A model generated the notes under the pieces. It made no database searches and had not been told where the DNA came from. It was given only the letters and a program-made list of their open reading frames with translations. Positions 49,901 through 63,036 of a DNA stretch of 64,000 nt are shown here, in pieces (within the stretch, counting starts at the first letter, position 1; each line of letters starts with the position of its first letter). The position numbers were made by a program, and so were the translations under genes. The stretch comes from Vermamoeba vermiformis (Eukaryota): positions 1-64,000 of the forward strand of contig JBEWZL010000064.1 in NCBI GenBank assembly GCA_045837725.1, written 5' to 3'.

Positions 49901-52371
49901 TTGGTCAGTTAATGAATTTGCACCTAAACAGCGCGTGTTAGAATGGCAAGTAATAATCCTAGCAACACGTACCGTATTTGTGCATGAGTGAGACTTTGAT
50001 TTCGTGCTGCCAGAAGTACTGATTGCCGTTGGGATCGGCAAAGTAGTTCAAGATCTTGAGTGCTTCTTTTCTGAACGGCTGTTCAACGGGCAATTTCATT
50101 CTGTTCAACTGAGACCGCCAAACAGCCCTCAATTCATTCTTCAACGTGCGACACACCATTTCCGTGACGAGAATTCGTTGTGCCTCGATGTTGCTTTCGA
50201 TGCACGGTTGACGCCTCGATGTATGTTAGAATGAACGACGCGAGAACAACTGTGCGCTGTGTACGTACCTTATGCGACCCAAAAACCTCAAGTTGATGCC
50301 TTCATTGTGCAGTTCTAATATCATCAGACTGATCCAGTTCTCGTTGATTCGCTTAATGGTCTCAGGGTCACCGAGCTTCGCCGCAAATGACGGTATCACC
50401 TCGTCGCGCAACCTCTTTGTAGCCGCCTCAACATCAGCCTCTTGCTTCTTAACATTAGGATCGAGTTTGTTCCACGAAGTAAATGCGTCCGATGTTAGAG
50501 GCACGGGGTTGGCTTGTACAAGTCTGAAATAAGGATTAGAACCAGAACTAATAGTCAGGCCACAGGTACATACTCAGGACGCAAGAACTCGTAGAAAACG
50601 GCTCTAGTATTCGTGCCTGGCTCAGGTTTAGCAGGCGGGAAGAGTCTCGCAAAATCTGAACAAGTTAGGGGACAAAGAGCGTACTCGAGATTACATACCA
50701 ACAATATAGAACCTATCATCATCGCCTCGATGCACTTCAATATCACCAGGACCAATGATCCTCTTGCTGCCTACCAAGTGCTCGAGTAAGTTCAGCTTTT
50801 TGCCCACTTTCTTCATTAAAGGCACGACAGGCGGTGCGTCATTGTGAATGGTCTTGCCAGCGTCAGATGAGCCATAAACGAGCGACCCTTTGGATATAGG
50901 CAAGAAACTCATGGCGACCAATCGATAGCCCTTGTAGTCGATCAACGCCATCAACGGCGTGTTGAGATCTGGAATGTTGCAGTTCATGATATTAGCGCAG
51001 CCTAGCAAGTGTTAGATCGTCTCTCAAGCACCAACTACTTTCACTGACGTACCTAGTAGCTCGTGTCCTCCAGCCTTTGATGCTCGTTCATCGTCAGGAG
51101 TTGATCCGCCATACATCCAAAATGGTGTAGTACGGTAAGCAAATGTTGTGTCTACCGCGTACTTGAACAATATGCCACGCACGACAAACTTCTCGCCGCC
51201 TGCCTGTCCGCCCATTGCCGTTGGCTTAACTGTTTTGCTTTCAGGAGGCAATGTCCGTTCGGAGATTATAATGCGACCATATGTTTCTACAACAGATTAA
51301 CAACGGCCATCCATCGTTATTGAATTACTTACCTGCGTTGTATACGAAGTCATTGGCTAATTGACCGAGCTGTTCAAACTTCCTGACTGAATCCGGCAGT
51401 GACATCAATCGTCTGAACTCCGTGTTGTAAAACAAATTGATATTTCCAAGCATCTCTTGTGTCTCGTTGCTCAAGTTTTTCTGATCGGAGTTATCTATAC
51501 CAACGTTAATGGCTACTTAAAAAGAATTATCACGTTCATACCTTCAGAATTAATTATGTCTTCAAATGCAGTGATAGTGTTGAGCACTTCAAGATCTTCT
51601 TCGTCGCCCTGGTCTTCTGTCTCTTTGTTGCTGCTCTCCTTTGCTGGTTTGTGCAACACTAATCGTGCGAGAGAGTCGAGCTCGTAACCGCCGTAACCTT
51701 GAATGTGATCGTTGTTCTGTTGTTCCTCGTCATAATATCCGTCGACTTTCTGAGAGCTTGAAGTCGTGCTACTGTCGCTGCTATTATACTCGTAGCCTTC
51801 AACTTTATTAGCTTCATAAGGCTTAATGTCTGATGAAGAACTCTTAACGTCAGTGGATGCGTAGGGTTTGATGTCGTTTGAGCTCTTCGTTACGTCTGTA
51901 GCTTCATATGGGTTTATATCGTCTGAACTATTTGTTACGTCAGTGGCTGCATATGGCTTTATATCATTTGAACTCTCAATAGCGCTTGAACTCGTCTTAA
52001 TACCGCTGCTGGATCGGGGTGACTTTTTGTAATTTGGCTGAATAATAACATACGAATTTTTTTGCTGACTACTGACGCTGTCAATTGCGTCCTTTTCGCT
52101 AATTTGGTTGTGGTTTTTGTTCACCATCACCGTGTTGAGCAAAAAAATAGCCTTGTAATTCCTGATCGGTATTCATGTTCGTATAAAAGTTTGGAAATTC
52201 ATCTCTAGGACTCCGTACATCGCTCTTTGGTAATACTTCTTGGTCATATATCGATTGTTCTAAGTCTGCCGCTGATACATAGGCAGATTGTGTTAATTGC
52301 GAATTACTGTTTGGATCTGGCTTACGTATCAATGAACTAACTTGATCTCCATCTAAATATTTATCTGCCAT
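46969..52371 (-). CDS. CLU (clustered mitochondria)-domain-containing protein with low-complexity Tyr-rich N-terminus and helical C-terminus
   Basis: GGQAGGEKFVVRGILFKYAVD, SKAGGHELLG, PLMALIDYKGYRLVAMSFLPI, LVYGSSDAG, GPGDIEVHRGDDDRFYIV-DFARLFPP, LRPE, LHNEGINLRFLGRI, EMVCRTLKN. Confidence 0.8.
51801..51975 (-). repeat. Four coding tandem repeats of ~45 nt (15 aa, SSxDIxPYxxTDV)
   Basis: SSNDIKPYAATDVTN / SSDDINPYEATDVTK / SSNDIKPYASTDVKS / SSSDIKPYEANKV in ORF 51513..52142. Confidence 0.9.
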
Positions 52372-52757
52372 ATTTTTGGAACTATCTGGATTGTAGTGTT
52401 AGAATCCGAACCTATTCAATAGTATTCAATACTTTTGGTGCGCGGGGATCTTTTAAAGTTCAAAAAAAGCTTAAAAATGGCGTAATATACAAATAACAGA
52501 TCCCAAAAAATTTTAATATGGCTAAATTATTAATTATTATTCTTTCTTATTGGTATTTATTGCAGTAAACTTTTCATTTGGAGCATACCAATCCTTAATG
52601 GCCAAAATAATAGCAGCAGCTAATCTTTTGAATGTATAGCTATATACACAAGCGTGCTAAGTTTAGTTGTGGTCGGTCTATGGAATTCAATAGCGAGACT
52701 GAAATTGGATCAAAGAAAAGTTAGTGACACTCCTCGCCCATAAGTATACCCCAAGTA

Positions 52758-53374
52758 TTATTTTTTATTATTGTTCCTATTATTTACATTTTTCGAACCT
52801 TTAGCGTTACTAGTAACGCCAGGTTTACTGGTGTTTACTGGATTGCGCGTCTCCGCTTGGTCTTCACTGCTAAATATAGCAGCTCTAGCTTTTGCATAAT
52901 TAGCTTCGCGCTCTTGAATGGTCATTTGAGGCTTTGAAGTCGCAGAGGATGCGCCAGAAGGAGCATTAGAATTGGATGGACCGGACTGCCGCTTCATTAT
53001 TTGCACTGTTGGCTTGGCAGCAAAATAAGGATGTGCCTCTCTTAGCCAATCATCTGTTTTTTCGAAATTTTGCTCTATAATATCAAATATACTCGATGAG
53101 CGTAAGATCCGATAATGCACGCACGAAAAAAATATTCTAAAAATGCAAATAATAATTTAAAATTCGTATTCGTGCCATAAAATAGTATTTAAATGGTTAC
53201 GTAAGCAACGCGTCGATATCCAACAAAGGGAGTATCAGAGGGGACGTGATCTTCGAAAGATTCTCTCGTGTTCCAACGATACATACCTTGTTCTTTCGCC
53301 TGTTCTGTTTTGATTTTTTCAGCGATGTTCTTCTCTAATTCTTGTTCATCAATATCCTCCCACGAATCTGCCAT
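52758..53374 (-). CDS. SUZ-domain protein (SZRD1-like), 2 exons
   Basis: MADSWED N-terminus; PTVQIMKR...TIQEREANYAKARAAIF SUZ motif. Confidence 0.75.
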
Positions 53375-53591
53375 TGTTGGCCATTATTTGTTTTTGAGTT
53401 AAAATAATCGGCTTTCTCAAACTTCTCAGTTATAGGTACGTAACAACTGATTTGACTAATACCATCGTTCCCACAAGACGCCTCAAACAATCTTGAATCA
53501 TTCGAATTGCGCGGGAAACGGTTTGTAACGACTAGTTTGCCAAAAACCTGATAATAGTTATCTTTACAACAGTAGAACTGTACAATATATC

Positions 53592-55133
53592 ATGCAAGCT
53601 GATATCTCGAAGTTCTTTGCGGTCAAGAAGTCATCTGAACCTGTCAATCCGTACCTTCAAAAGATCAGCAACAAAAGTGGCTTGAAAAAATCAAATTCAT
53701 TTGATGATAGTGTATTTAAATTCGAACTATCTCCTTCCAAGAAAAAGGGAACATTAGCAAGCAAACCGAAATCAAGATCCTTCCTAAATGAAGATTCGGA
53801 CTCTGACAGTGCTCCGAAGAAAAAAGGCCGCAAGAGAAAATTAGAAACAGATGAAGAGCCTACTAAAAATAAGGTAAGAATATTAACTGCGGATGCAGAA
53901 CGTCAACAACAAATATTTAAATTATTTCTCGGTCAGAAGGCGCGCATTGACGCAAAGCAACTACATTTAACGGAAGACTTACGCGAGGTAATAATTATAC
54001 GCCAGTAAGAAATATTTCATAGTCGCTCATGATTGGATCAGATCTGTCCAAAATGTGGCATGCCGTACGCTGCAGGCTTGGCTGAAGACGAGAAAATTCA
54101 TCGTATGCATTGCAATAAGAAAGTAGTCGCCAAGCCTATTCAATTTACCGTAAGTACAAGTAATGCAGAGGATTTCAATCTACGCCCATTATTTCGAACC
54201 AAGCCTAACTGCTTGATCCGTTAGGGCTGGCAAAATCAAGTGACAGTGCGAGAAGACAAAGGCGAAGGCAGTTACATCGTCGTGGTTGATTGTAACGACA
54301 AAGCATACACGTACAAGGTACGCAATACCACGTGCTCGTACTACTTTCTCTTCGTTGTACTAACGCCAATTTACTAGAAATTTACCGACATTAGAGACAT
54401 GGTGCACCAAGAGATTGGCTGGAACGGCGAGAAGGGCTCAAACGAACTCGTAAGTAGATCTTGAAACACGTGCCCGCTAACAAGATGGTGCTAACTATTC
54501 TTGTTCTCAAGTGGTACCTCTACGTGAAGCCAATCAAAAAGAATTCAGAAAAGAAGCACGTGGTGGGATGTTTGGTGATGGAGACGATCAACCAGGCGTA
54601 TCCCATCATCTTTGAAGAGACGCCACAGTCCTCTCAGAACACCCCCGCTGAAGCAAAGCAGAGTGACAGCCAAGACAAAGACACGAGCACCAAAGCTTCA
54701 AACACTACTGCTGATAAGAAGACGAAAAGCAAGGCTAAAGCTAAAGGCGAAAACGAATCTGGATCGCCAACAAAAAAATCTCAAAGCAACGGGCTAGCCG
54801 ATTCGACAGACATGCTATCACAATCATTTGATATGGACAGTATAGTGTGCAGCAAAGATGCCCATGAAGCTGCCCTTGGTGTGAGCAGGATCTGGGTCCA
54901 CACTGATGAGCGACGAAAGGGCATTGCCACAAAGCTGATTGATGCTGCAAGGTAAGACCACCGAACAGTGATAAAATGTCTTGTTACTTAGTTATTTTAT
55001 CAGAGCGCATCACATCCAGAAGTACGGTCGTGTCATTCCGAAGAGCTTGATTGCATTCTCACAGCCAACGCGTGACGGCAAACATTTCGCTGTAAATTAT
55101 TTTGGAAAGAAGAACTTCTTGGTCTACGGATAG
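53592..55133 (+). CDS. ECO1: Eco1/ESCO cohesin N-acetyltransferase
   Basis: PIP-box-like QADISKFF; zinc finger CPKCGMPY...EDEKIHRMHC; LGVSRIWVHTDERRKGIATKLID; IAFSQPTRDGKHFA...FLVYG*. Confidence 0.92.
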
Positions 55134-55339
55134 ATCGCGAGCATAGTCAACCTGTATTATAAAAATTGTAGAATAAACGGTTTTGCGGATTTCGTACGAA
55201 GCACCAACTTGGATCTTTACTTAGCTATTGAGCCTATCTTGCTTGAGGTTTTGATTTTCACCTCCGCCGAATTACGTTCATACTACTGGTTGTATCGGCA
55301 GTCATCAAAAATAATGTAAGTGCGGATCATTTATTGTTT

Positions 55340-56999
55340 CTAACAAACCATTCCTAGAATAAACAATACGGACACTGCTTGAGACAATCGGGTGGCTTGG
55401 CTACCACTTGTGACGCTGCTAGTATTTGGAGTTGAACTAGGATTGCCATTGGGTTGATAGGCTGAGTCAGGAGTACTTTCCGATGGTGCTGGCGGAATGC
55501 ATTGTATGGCAACTGTAACGTCATGTGGAGGAGTGCCAAATCTCGTCGTTTCAAAGCTAATGTAAGTCGTGTCATTGATAACGGACACATTTGTCACGTT
55601 AGTCGAGATAGGCAGCGAGGAGCACTTTGACAAAGGATCTTTAGCAGTGCAAACAAGACTTGCGTCGAAGTCAGTAAAGTTGTTGCACGATGTCAAAGTG
55701 GTCGGGCAATCGTAGTAGTCTGGCTCGATGAAGCAGCGAGGAATGGCATGAAGTTCCATTTCTCCGTCCACTAGAATGTGCATGTCCGTGATCGCAATCG
55801 TAGCGCCGAAGAAAGCTCGCCAATAGGGCCCCTCGAAGGCACCAACTATTGCCCATGAGCCTGACCTTCGTTGCACGATTAAGACCTTGCCAGTTGTTGT
55901 CGCGGTTTGGTATAGTGCGGCGGATACCAAGAATGTGTCTTTGTTGAAGGCCACGGAAGTATAGCCAAAAAGATTTTTTACGTTCGGATAACCAGATTGC
56001 TGTTGAGTTTTGTGTGCTCCAGGAACCACTCGCATTCTTCGTAAGCAAGAAGACTGTGTCCTATCAGTCGCCTTGCCCGCCATTATAGCGTCATCTCCGT
56101 TCCAAGATATAGAGTCCACATAAAGAGCGAAGTGAAGTGAGTCTTTGATCGTCCAGATCCAGGATGTTGCATTTGAAGAAAGTTGGTAAATGTATATGTT
56201 GCTTCCGTCACCAGCCACGAAGTGATTATTGTCGAATTGAAAAGAAGCTTTGCTGAAGACAAAGTTATAATAATCATTCCCCACAAGAGAGGAGATTCCA
56301 AGATGCTCGGAAAAAATAAACTTGTTCGTCATCGTCCAGTTGCCATTCACCAGCTGAAACTTGTACATTCCGGCAGATTTGGCTCTGGATGCCCAGGAAC
56401 CGGTTCCTGTTGCGTACGTGCTTATGCAAACAAAGGATCCATCAGATTGGAAACGGCCATATTCGAAAGTGATGCCTGCTTGCCAGGTCGGTCGTTGGAC
56501 CTCGAGGATGGTGCCGTTTTCGGAAAACTTAAATAGCTCCAAAATCATAATATAGCTTGCGGTCGTAATATCAAAGTGGCAGTATGTTATTGAGGCCCAT
56601 TCTCCATTCGTGTCCAGATCGGCGAAGTTTTCCATCTCGATTTTTAAGTTAGGAAATGTATGAGATGTCAATAACTTGTATCCTCCAGTAGAGTTGCGCT
56701 TCCATATACTGCTCTTAGAAATTTCATAAGGTCCAAAGGCTATAATCAAATCTTTGTAAGCTTTGAGCGATGGCCAGTACCCATAGGCAGACAGATTTGC
56801 AGTAAGATCCGAGATTCGGGTGTTCACTTCGGCGGTGAATGTCTTTAGATACAATAAGAACGTTAGAGATATGTTCAAATTCAATATAAATATGACTCGT
56901 TACCTCCAGCGTTCCATTGACGGTCAGGATCTGTGGTAAAGTTTCGCTACGAACACAAGCAATGGCCACAACCAAAAGCAGTAAATAACGTGACTTCAT
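55340..56999 (-). CDS. Secreted/GPI-type cell-surface protein with FG-GAP-like propeller repeats, Cys-rich and Ser/Thr/Pro stalk
   Basis: Signal peptide MKSRYLLLLVVAIACVRS; LFGYTSVA..LVSA...GKVLIVQRRSGSW, FFGATIAI; stalk PPAPSESTPDS; hydrophobic C-terminus AVSVLFILGMVC*. Confidence 0.6.
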
Positions 57000-57429
57000 C
57001 GTGTTGCTTCTATGTGTATATGATATTGAATGTTGTTTATAAGAACGTTCTGCGTTTAATACTTGTCACTAGCTATTGATTTTCCGAAAGAATCATGCGC
57101 AAGATCCGGTTAAATATCCGGTGATCTTCGAGCCACGACCAAAAAACCTATTATGATCTTAAGCTAAATAGTTAATAGAACTATCACCGACTGAAACATG
57201 TTTTTGGAAGGCTTCTCCCTGATGAAAAAGATTTTTTAATCTTTAGAAAGTGGCACTTTGTATAACATCTAGTGGCGCTGTTGATAGTAATCGACTTAAC
57301 ATCTAATCAGTTCGCACGCATTCACTCGTATTATATACTATTCAATCATGAATTCTCTCAAGTACCAGTAATAGATCACCTCGTGGTCGAACTGATCGTA
57401 CCTTGGTCGACCTCATAATGGTGCTGTAA

Positions 57430-59886
57430 CTAGGACTGCTGATCGTAGCTGCCGTGTTGGCAATTGAGACATTGTACCTTCCGCTGCCAAAGCTAGTCGC
57501 AAACGAAAGTTTACTTGAAATATATTACAATGCACGGAATCAAAAGGTAATTTGATTAACTGAAACTATCTACACTTACGCGTTCCAAGTCGAACAAAAT
57601 CTCCTCAAAAGACGGTCGATCTCGGAATGCTTGCAGCCAACACTTTTGCATAATCTCTGCAAGTATAGGGTCGCAGTTGACAGGTACTGGCAGAATCTTG
57701 TTTTGATGCGCCACCATTGTGATGACTTGAAGTGGCGTGTGACCAGCAAACGGTGCCTGCACATTAGTCCATTAGTCACTTGCGCAGGGTTTATCACTTT
57801 TACTATTAGACTATACTTACTCGCAATGTTATCAACTCCCACATGACGACGCCGAATGACCATACATCTGCTTTCTCGCTGTAACTCTCTTGTCGTAACA
57901 CTTCAGGAGCCATCCATTGAGGTGTACCGACACGTGTCATTTTTTCAGTCAAGAACTTGACACGACTCATGCCAAAATCAGCGACCTTGCAGTTCCACTT
58001 CTCGTCGATCAAAATGTTGTGGCTCTGCAGACAACTGTTAGCAAACATGATCTAACTTCGAAAGACTAAAAGGTACCTTCAAATCGCGATGAATAATTGG
58101 TGGGTCACACGCGTGCAAAAATGCCATGCCACGCGCAATTTGTTTCATAATGTGGACGCGCAAAGGCCAGCTGAGTTGAATCTTCTCTTTCTGATTGCTC
58201 GGAGGATGCAAGATATTCCACAACGAGCCTCTTGACATGAACTCCGTCACGATGGCAAAGTTGGGTGCTTTGACGCTCAGGCCAATGAACGTTAGAATAT
58301 TTGGATGATCGAGCGTGCTCAGCAATGTGCACTCTTTGATCAAATCTTCAAACACTTCTTGCTGCTCTGACACCGACAGTGACACGCGCAACTTTTTGAT
58401 AGCGACGGGCGTCTTCTTCCACGTGCCTATGTAGATTGTTAAGCACGCAATACACGCATTACAAGAAGTGTTACTATGTACCTGAGTAGACCTCAGCAGC
58501 GTGACCTCGACCGACCATTGTATTGAGTTTCAACTCGTTCCAAGCAATGAACTTGACACCGCCTTGTAACAAGCGACGAATTGACGTCTTGCGATCGATC
58601 TGATCTTTGCTCTCGCCCTCTTCAATACCACTGATGTTGATGGGCTGCAACAGCGCTGCGTTCCTGTTAATGTAGCTCACGTCGTGTACAATGACAAAAT
58701 TCAAAATGAGCGCGAAGAACAAGCAGAACGTGCCGTTAGCGACCACTATAATAACATACATTAGTACACCTATTTGATATTGTAACAGTGTAAGTCACGT
58801 ACTCGTGAAACAATGTGCAGTCTCGTAACGTTCGAGTGCGTAAAGCAAGTACTTCAAAAAGAACAGCACGTGCACAGCCACTTGAAATACACTCCATATG
58901 AATGACGCAGGGCGGGGACGTGAGAAGTGAAATGATCTGCTGCACCTACACATCACACACGGTCAATTTCAGAATGCGAATGTCACGTGTAACAACAACT
59001 TGGATCCGTACCTTTTCACGATAAATAAAGCAGCCACAGCTGAAAATAGCAATGCCAACACAAGCTCAACAAGCACCTTCGATACTATATTAATATACGA
59101 AAAGAATACACGAATGTTTGGTGTGGCAACTTACGAATCCAAACCATCGACTGACAGCTTTTCCGACAACAAACGGTACCGTGGCACAAGCGATGCAAAG
59201 TACGACTAATGCAGCAGTAATAAGTACTGTTTGCTTAGTGACTGGTCCTCGGTGATCTTTGTTGAACAGGAAGAATATGATCGCGAGATCTATGAACCAG
59301 CGCAGACCAACAAAAAGCAAAGAGGCAAGCTGAGGAAAAATATCATATTAATAAATATATAATTAATAAAACGATCATATCTTCTCTTAAATTAACAGAT
59401 AAAGAGCGATCTATAAAACGGGATCGACACGTTTGCGACATTGTGCAATCGTTATTTGATATCAACTCGTGGAATCGATATTATATAATTTTGTAATAAT
59501 TAAGCGTGAGTTAATTTGAATGCTCGAATAGATCCAATGAAATTAATGGATGATCGGCAAAAATTAATTCTTCGAGTCTGACTTACGTCTTGAACCGCAC
59601 TCCACGGAAATGATGTAACAACGACCTCCATAAATAATATAACGCATGAAAATATTGAAAACTTGAAGTACAATGGGATGATTGCTGAGTTATTCGTCTT
59701 GTAATACAGTTTGATTATTAATGCCAATAATGTTATAGTTGCAAAGAAATAGCTGAAAAATAAGAATAACGGCACTCGCATCTCGCCCAGATCCCATTCT
59801 GCCTTCACTACCGCACAACAGATCTGGCTTTGGTCGCAGGGGAAATCCGGCAGGTCTTCATCGAAGATTGATATTGATATAGGCAT
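57430..59886 (-). CDS. Seven-TM domain fused to TKL (Raf/CTR1-like) protein kinase, copy 1 (3' end 57556 if last intron is not spliced)
   Basis: Seven hydrophobic segments in exons 59886-58680; kinase [47 protein letters not shown]. Confidence 0.82.
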
Positions 59887-60069
59887 AGATAAAATAAATA
59901 AATATAAATATATACAGTGCGCAGCGTGTGTTCTTGCGCAAGTTAAAATTAACGAAAACGAAATTGCGAGCGAAAAGTCAAACTTGCTCCAGTTCAATGG
60001 TTTTAGCCACATTAGCGCATTACAATACAATATGCTCGATTAAAATTATTTACATTACTATTCCCATTA

Positions 60070-62488
60070 TTACAGGGAATGAGGAAAGACGGCGATCTCA
60101 TCCGCAGAAATATCGTCCAAGTACTCCAATATATCGGGGAATGAAGGCCGTAGTCTTGATTCTTGGAAACATCGTTCGATTAACTTGGCAATGGCTACGG
60201 GACAGTTCGGTGGAATAGTTAGCTTGATGCCCTGATGTGCCACCATAGACACGACACGTAGCGGGCTTTGACCGTAAAATGGTGCCTAATATTATCGTGA
60301 ATATTGAGTGCAACAGACTATTATATGAATTTTCTTACCTCGCCAGTAACGAGCTCCCAACACACGACGCCAAATGACCACACATCCGCTGTCTCATCGT
60401 ACCGTTCTTCTCTTAGAATCTGACAGTAGAAATATTAATCAAACTATTCCAATGAAAAATTTAATATTAAACTATTCTTCACCGAAATTTTGTTAAATTG
60501 TAAATAAAATAGGTGCAGGTATCCAATTGTAACGTACCTCAGGAGCCATCCACTGCGGTGTGCCAACACGAGTCATAGTGGCAGTCAATGTCTTCAAGCG
60601 ACTCATGCCAAAGTCCGCTACTTTACAATTCCAGTTTTCATCCACGAGCACGTTTTGACTCTACAATAGCTCGTGTTAAATATAATCTACTTTAGGCCTA
60701 AATTATTTATCATTAAGAGCTTTACCTTGAGATCGCGATGAATAATAGGTGGGTCAGAGTTGTGCAAGAAGTTCATGCCTCGTGCTATGCCCTTCATAAT
60801 GTGGATCCGCTGCGACCAATCTAACGGTGCTAAACTCGTCTTAGCAACACCTCCTGGGTGTAATATAGTCCACAAAGAACCCCTAAATAGTGCCATAATT
60901 AATTTGGTAATAAATTTAGCGTTATTCTTATTTGATTAACTTCAGTTAATTGCGCGAGGGTTGACCTAAAAATTTCATTGCCAAACACGTACCTCGACAT
61001 GTACTCGGTGACCATGGCAAAGTTTGGAGCCTCAGTACATAGTCCTAAAAATAGCAAGACATTCGGATGACGTAGCTTGCTCAATAAAGTGCTTTCTTTG
61101 ATCAAGTCGTTCAAGATCTCGCGTTGTTCTTCTTCATTGGGCGGTACTTTTAACTTCTTAACAGCGACTTTAGTCTTCTTCCAACTGCCTTCAAAGACAT
61201 CCGCAAAGTTTCCAGAGCCGAGGTAATTCATTATCGTCAGATCTCGCCACTTGATGATCGTCAAGCCTCGATTGACCAACGAATTGATTTTCATTTTCTT
61301 CTCCGCCTTTAATAGATCGTGCAAATAAATTAGTGTCTAGCCAAATAGCATGGCATAAATTAACCAACTAGACGTACCTCTGAGATCCCAACAATATTGA
61401 AATTTTGGACGGAGTGCAGCAGAGCTGAATTCATGCGCCAAAATTTCGAATCGAGTTTGATGACGAAGAACAACATGAACGCATAGAGCGCGTAGTAGAA
61501 CGAATTTGCCACGATTTCCATGCAATGTCCTGATACGGGCGTGTCCGTTGGCGCAATGATGAAAAACAAATATTCCAAGAAGTAGAGCGTGTGCGCGATC
61601 AGTTGAAAGGCGCTCCAGAACACCGCGCCTGGTCGAGGAATATTGACGAAACATGATTTACAACACCTGCTTTTACGTTAGGTGACGGATCTACGCGACG
61701 CTTTTCAAATTATACGTACGTTCTAGATAAGGCAAATGCTGCAAATGTAACTATAAGGATGCCTTGAACTATTGTAAGGCCTATCCAACGCATTGGAGAG
61801 GTTGGTCCCGCAAGTGCAACAGCCACAATGCATATGATCACTAACGCAACGGATCCGCTTGCTAGAAACCACCATTAGCAAATAGATACTCGAGGGTTAT
61901 TATATGATACGATTTAAACATTTTGATGTTATAACTAGCGCGTACCAGCAATAAATATGGACACCCTATAATCGGTGTGATCGGGAGCTTGTGTATCAGT
62001 AGATCGGCTCATAAATAGTGCTACGCCTAGTTGTATGAACCATTGTGATGCAAGCACGAATAAATATACCACCTAAATAAAATAATTCAGGAAATTGCGA
62101 GCGAGAGATCGATCTGGATGTCTGGAGCGATCTCTGGCGGTATTCCGCCTAAAAAATTCAAATAATTTTTATCTTGTAGTACACGTACCAGCCAAGCATA
62201 ATACAGAGCGGATCCATCGGCTGTAGGCTTCGGCAGTAAATTTATGACAACGACCGCGACATATGTGAACGTCGCCAATAATACAAAATTATAATATAGA
62301 GATATGTGGATCTCTAGGGTACTTCGCAGTTTAAATAATAAATATAATATAGAGAATAGGGTGAGCACGATAATAGCCGTTTCAAATACGGCCAGTCGAT
62401 ATTGACCAATCTGCACTGTATACGAGACTATATGGCAGCACCCTATTGTATCATTCAATGACGTGCATGCGTCCTCGAGCTGAGGCAT
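60070..62488 (-). CDS. Seven-TM domain fused to TKL protein kinase, copy 2 (tandem paralog)
   Basis: N-terminal C-x-CC as in copy 1; multi-TM exons 62488-61400; [45 protein letters not shown]. Confidence 0.85.
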
Positions 62489-63036
62489 TGATTTCCTTTT
62501 GACAGACGAAGAAGAGTTAGATCGAATAAAATGTCAGGACAGGGGAATATTTTGAGTCTTATGGCGTTTACATATAAAATATTAGCTATTAATATTGTTA
62601 CTTGATTTTTAAATTGATTAAATGAGAAACATTAACTCGGTTTTGAAATCTATTACGAAACATAATCAATAATTTGCATAATAATTATTCCCATTATTTT
62701 AGCTGTTAAAATAATTTACTACATCGCATTATTATCGATAAAATTACTTACTATTGCTAATCTACAAAGCTTGTTTTTTAACGTTGAATATCGGCCATAA
62801 AAATCAAAATATGCTACCTAAAGACACTCCACACGTGCAACTGTGTGCTATTGATCATTTGTCAAGCATAAGACAACATTGCTAAATTCGTTCTTCTTTT
62901 CGAAATTTGGGCACGTGGCTTCAGAAGCTCCGAACATTCGAGTTTCAAAATTCGAGAACAGCTACCACAAATGCTACAAAATAACTAATAGCGAAAGCAT
63001 GATTTTAGTGCTTTGTTTTTATGTACATTTATCGAT

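Noticed and set aside
51801-51975. Spaced repeats as a CRISPR-like array
   Set aside because: In-frame degenerate coding repeats without unique spacers; no cas genes; eukaryotic context.
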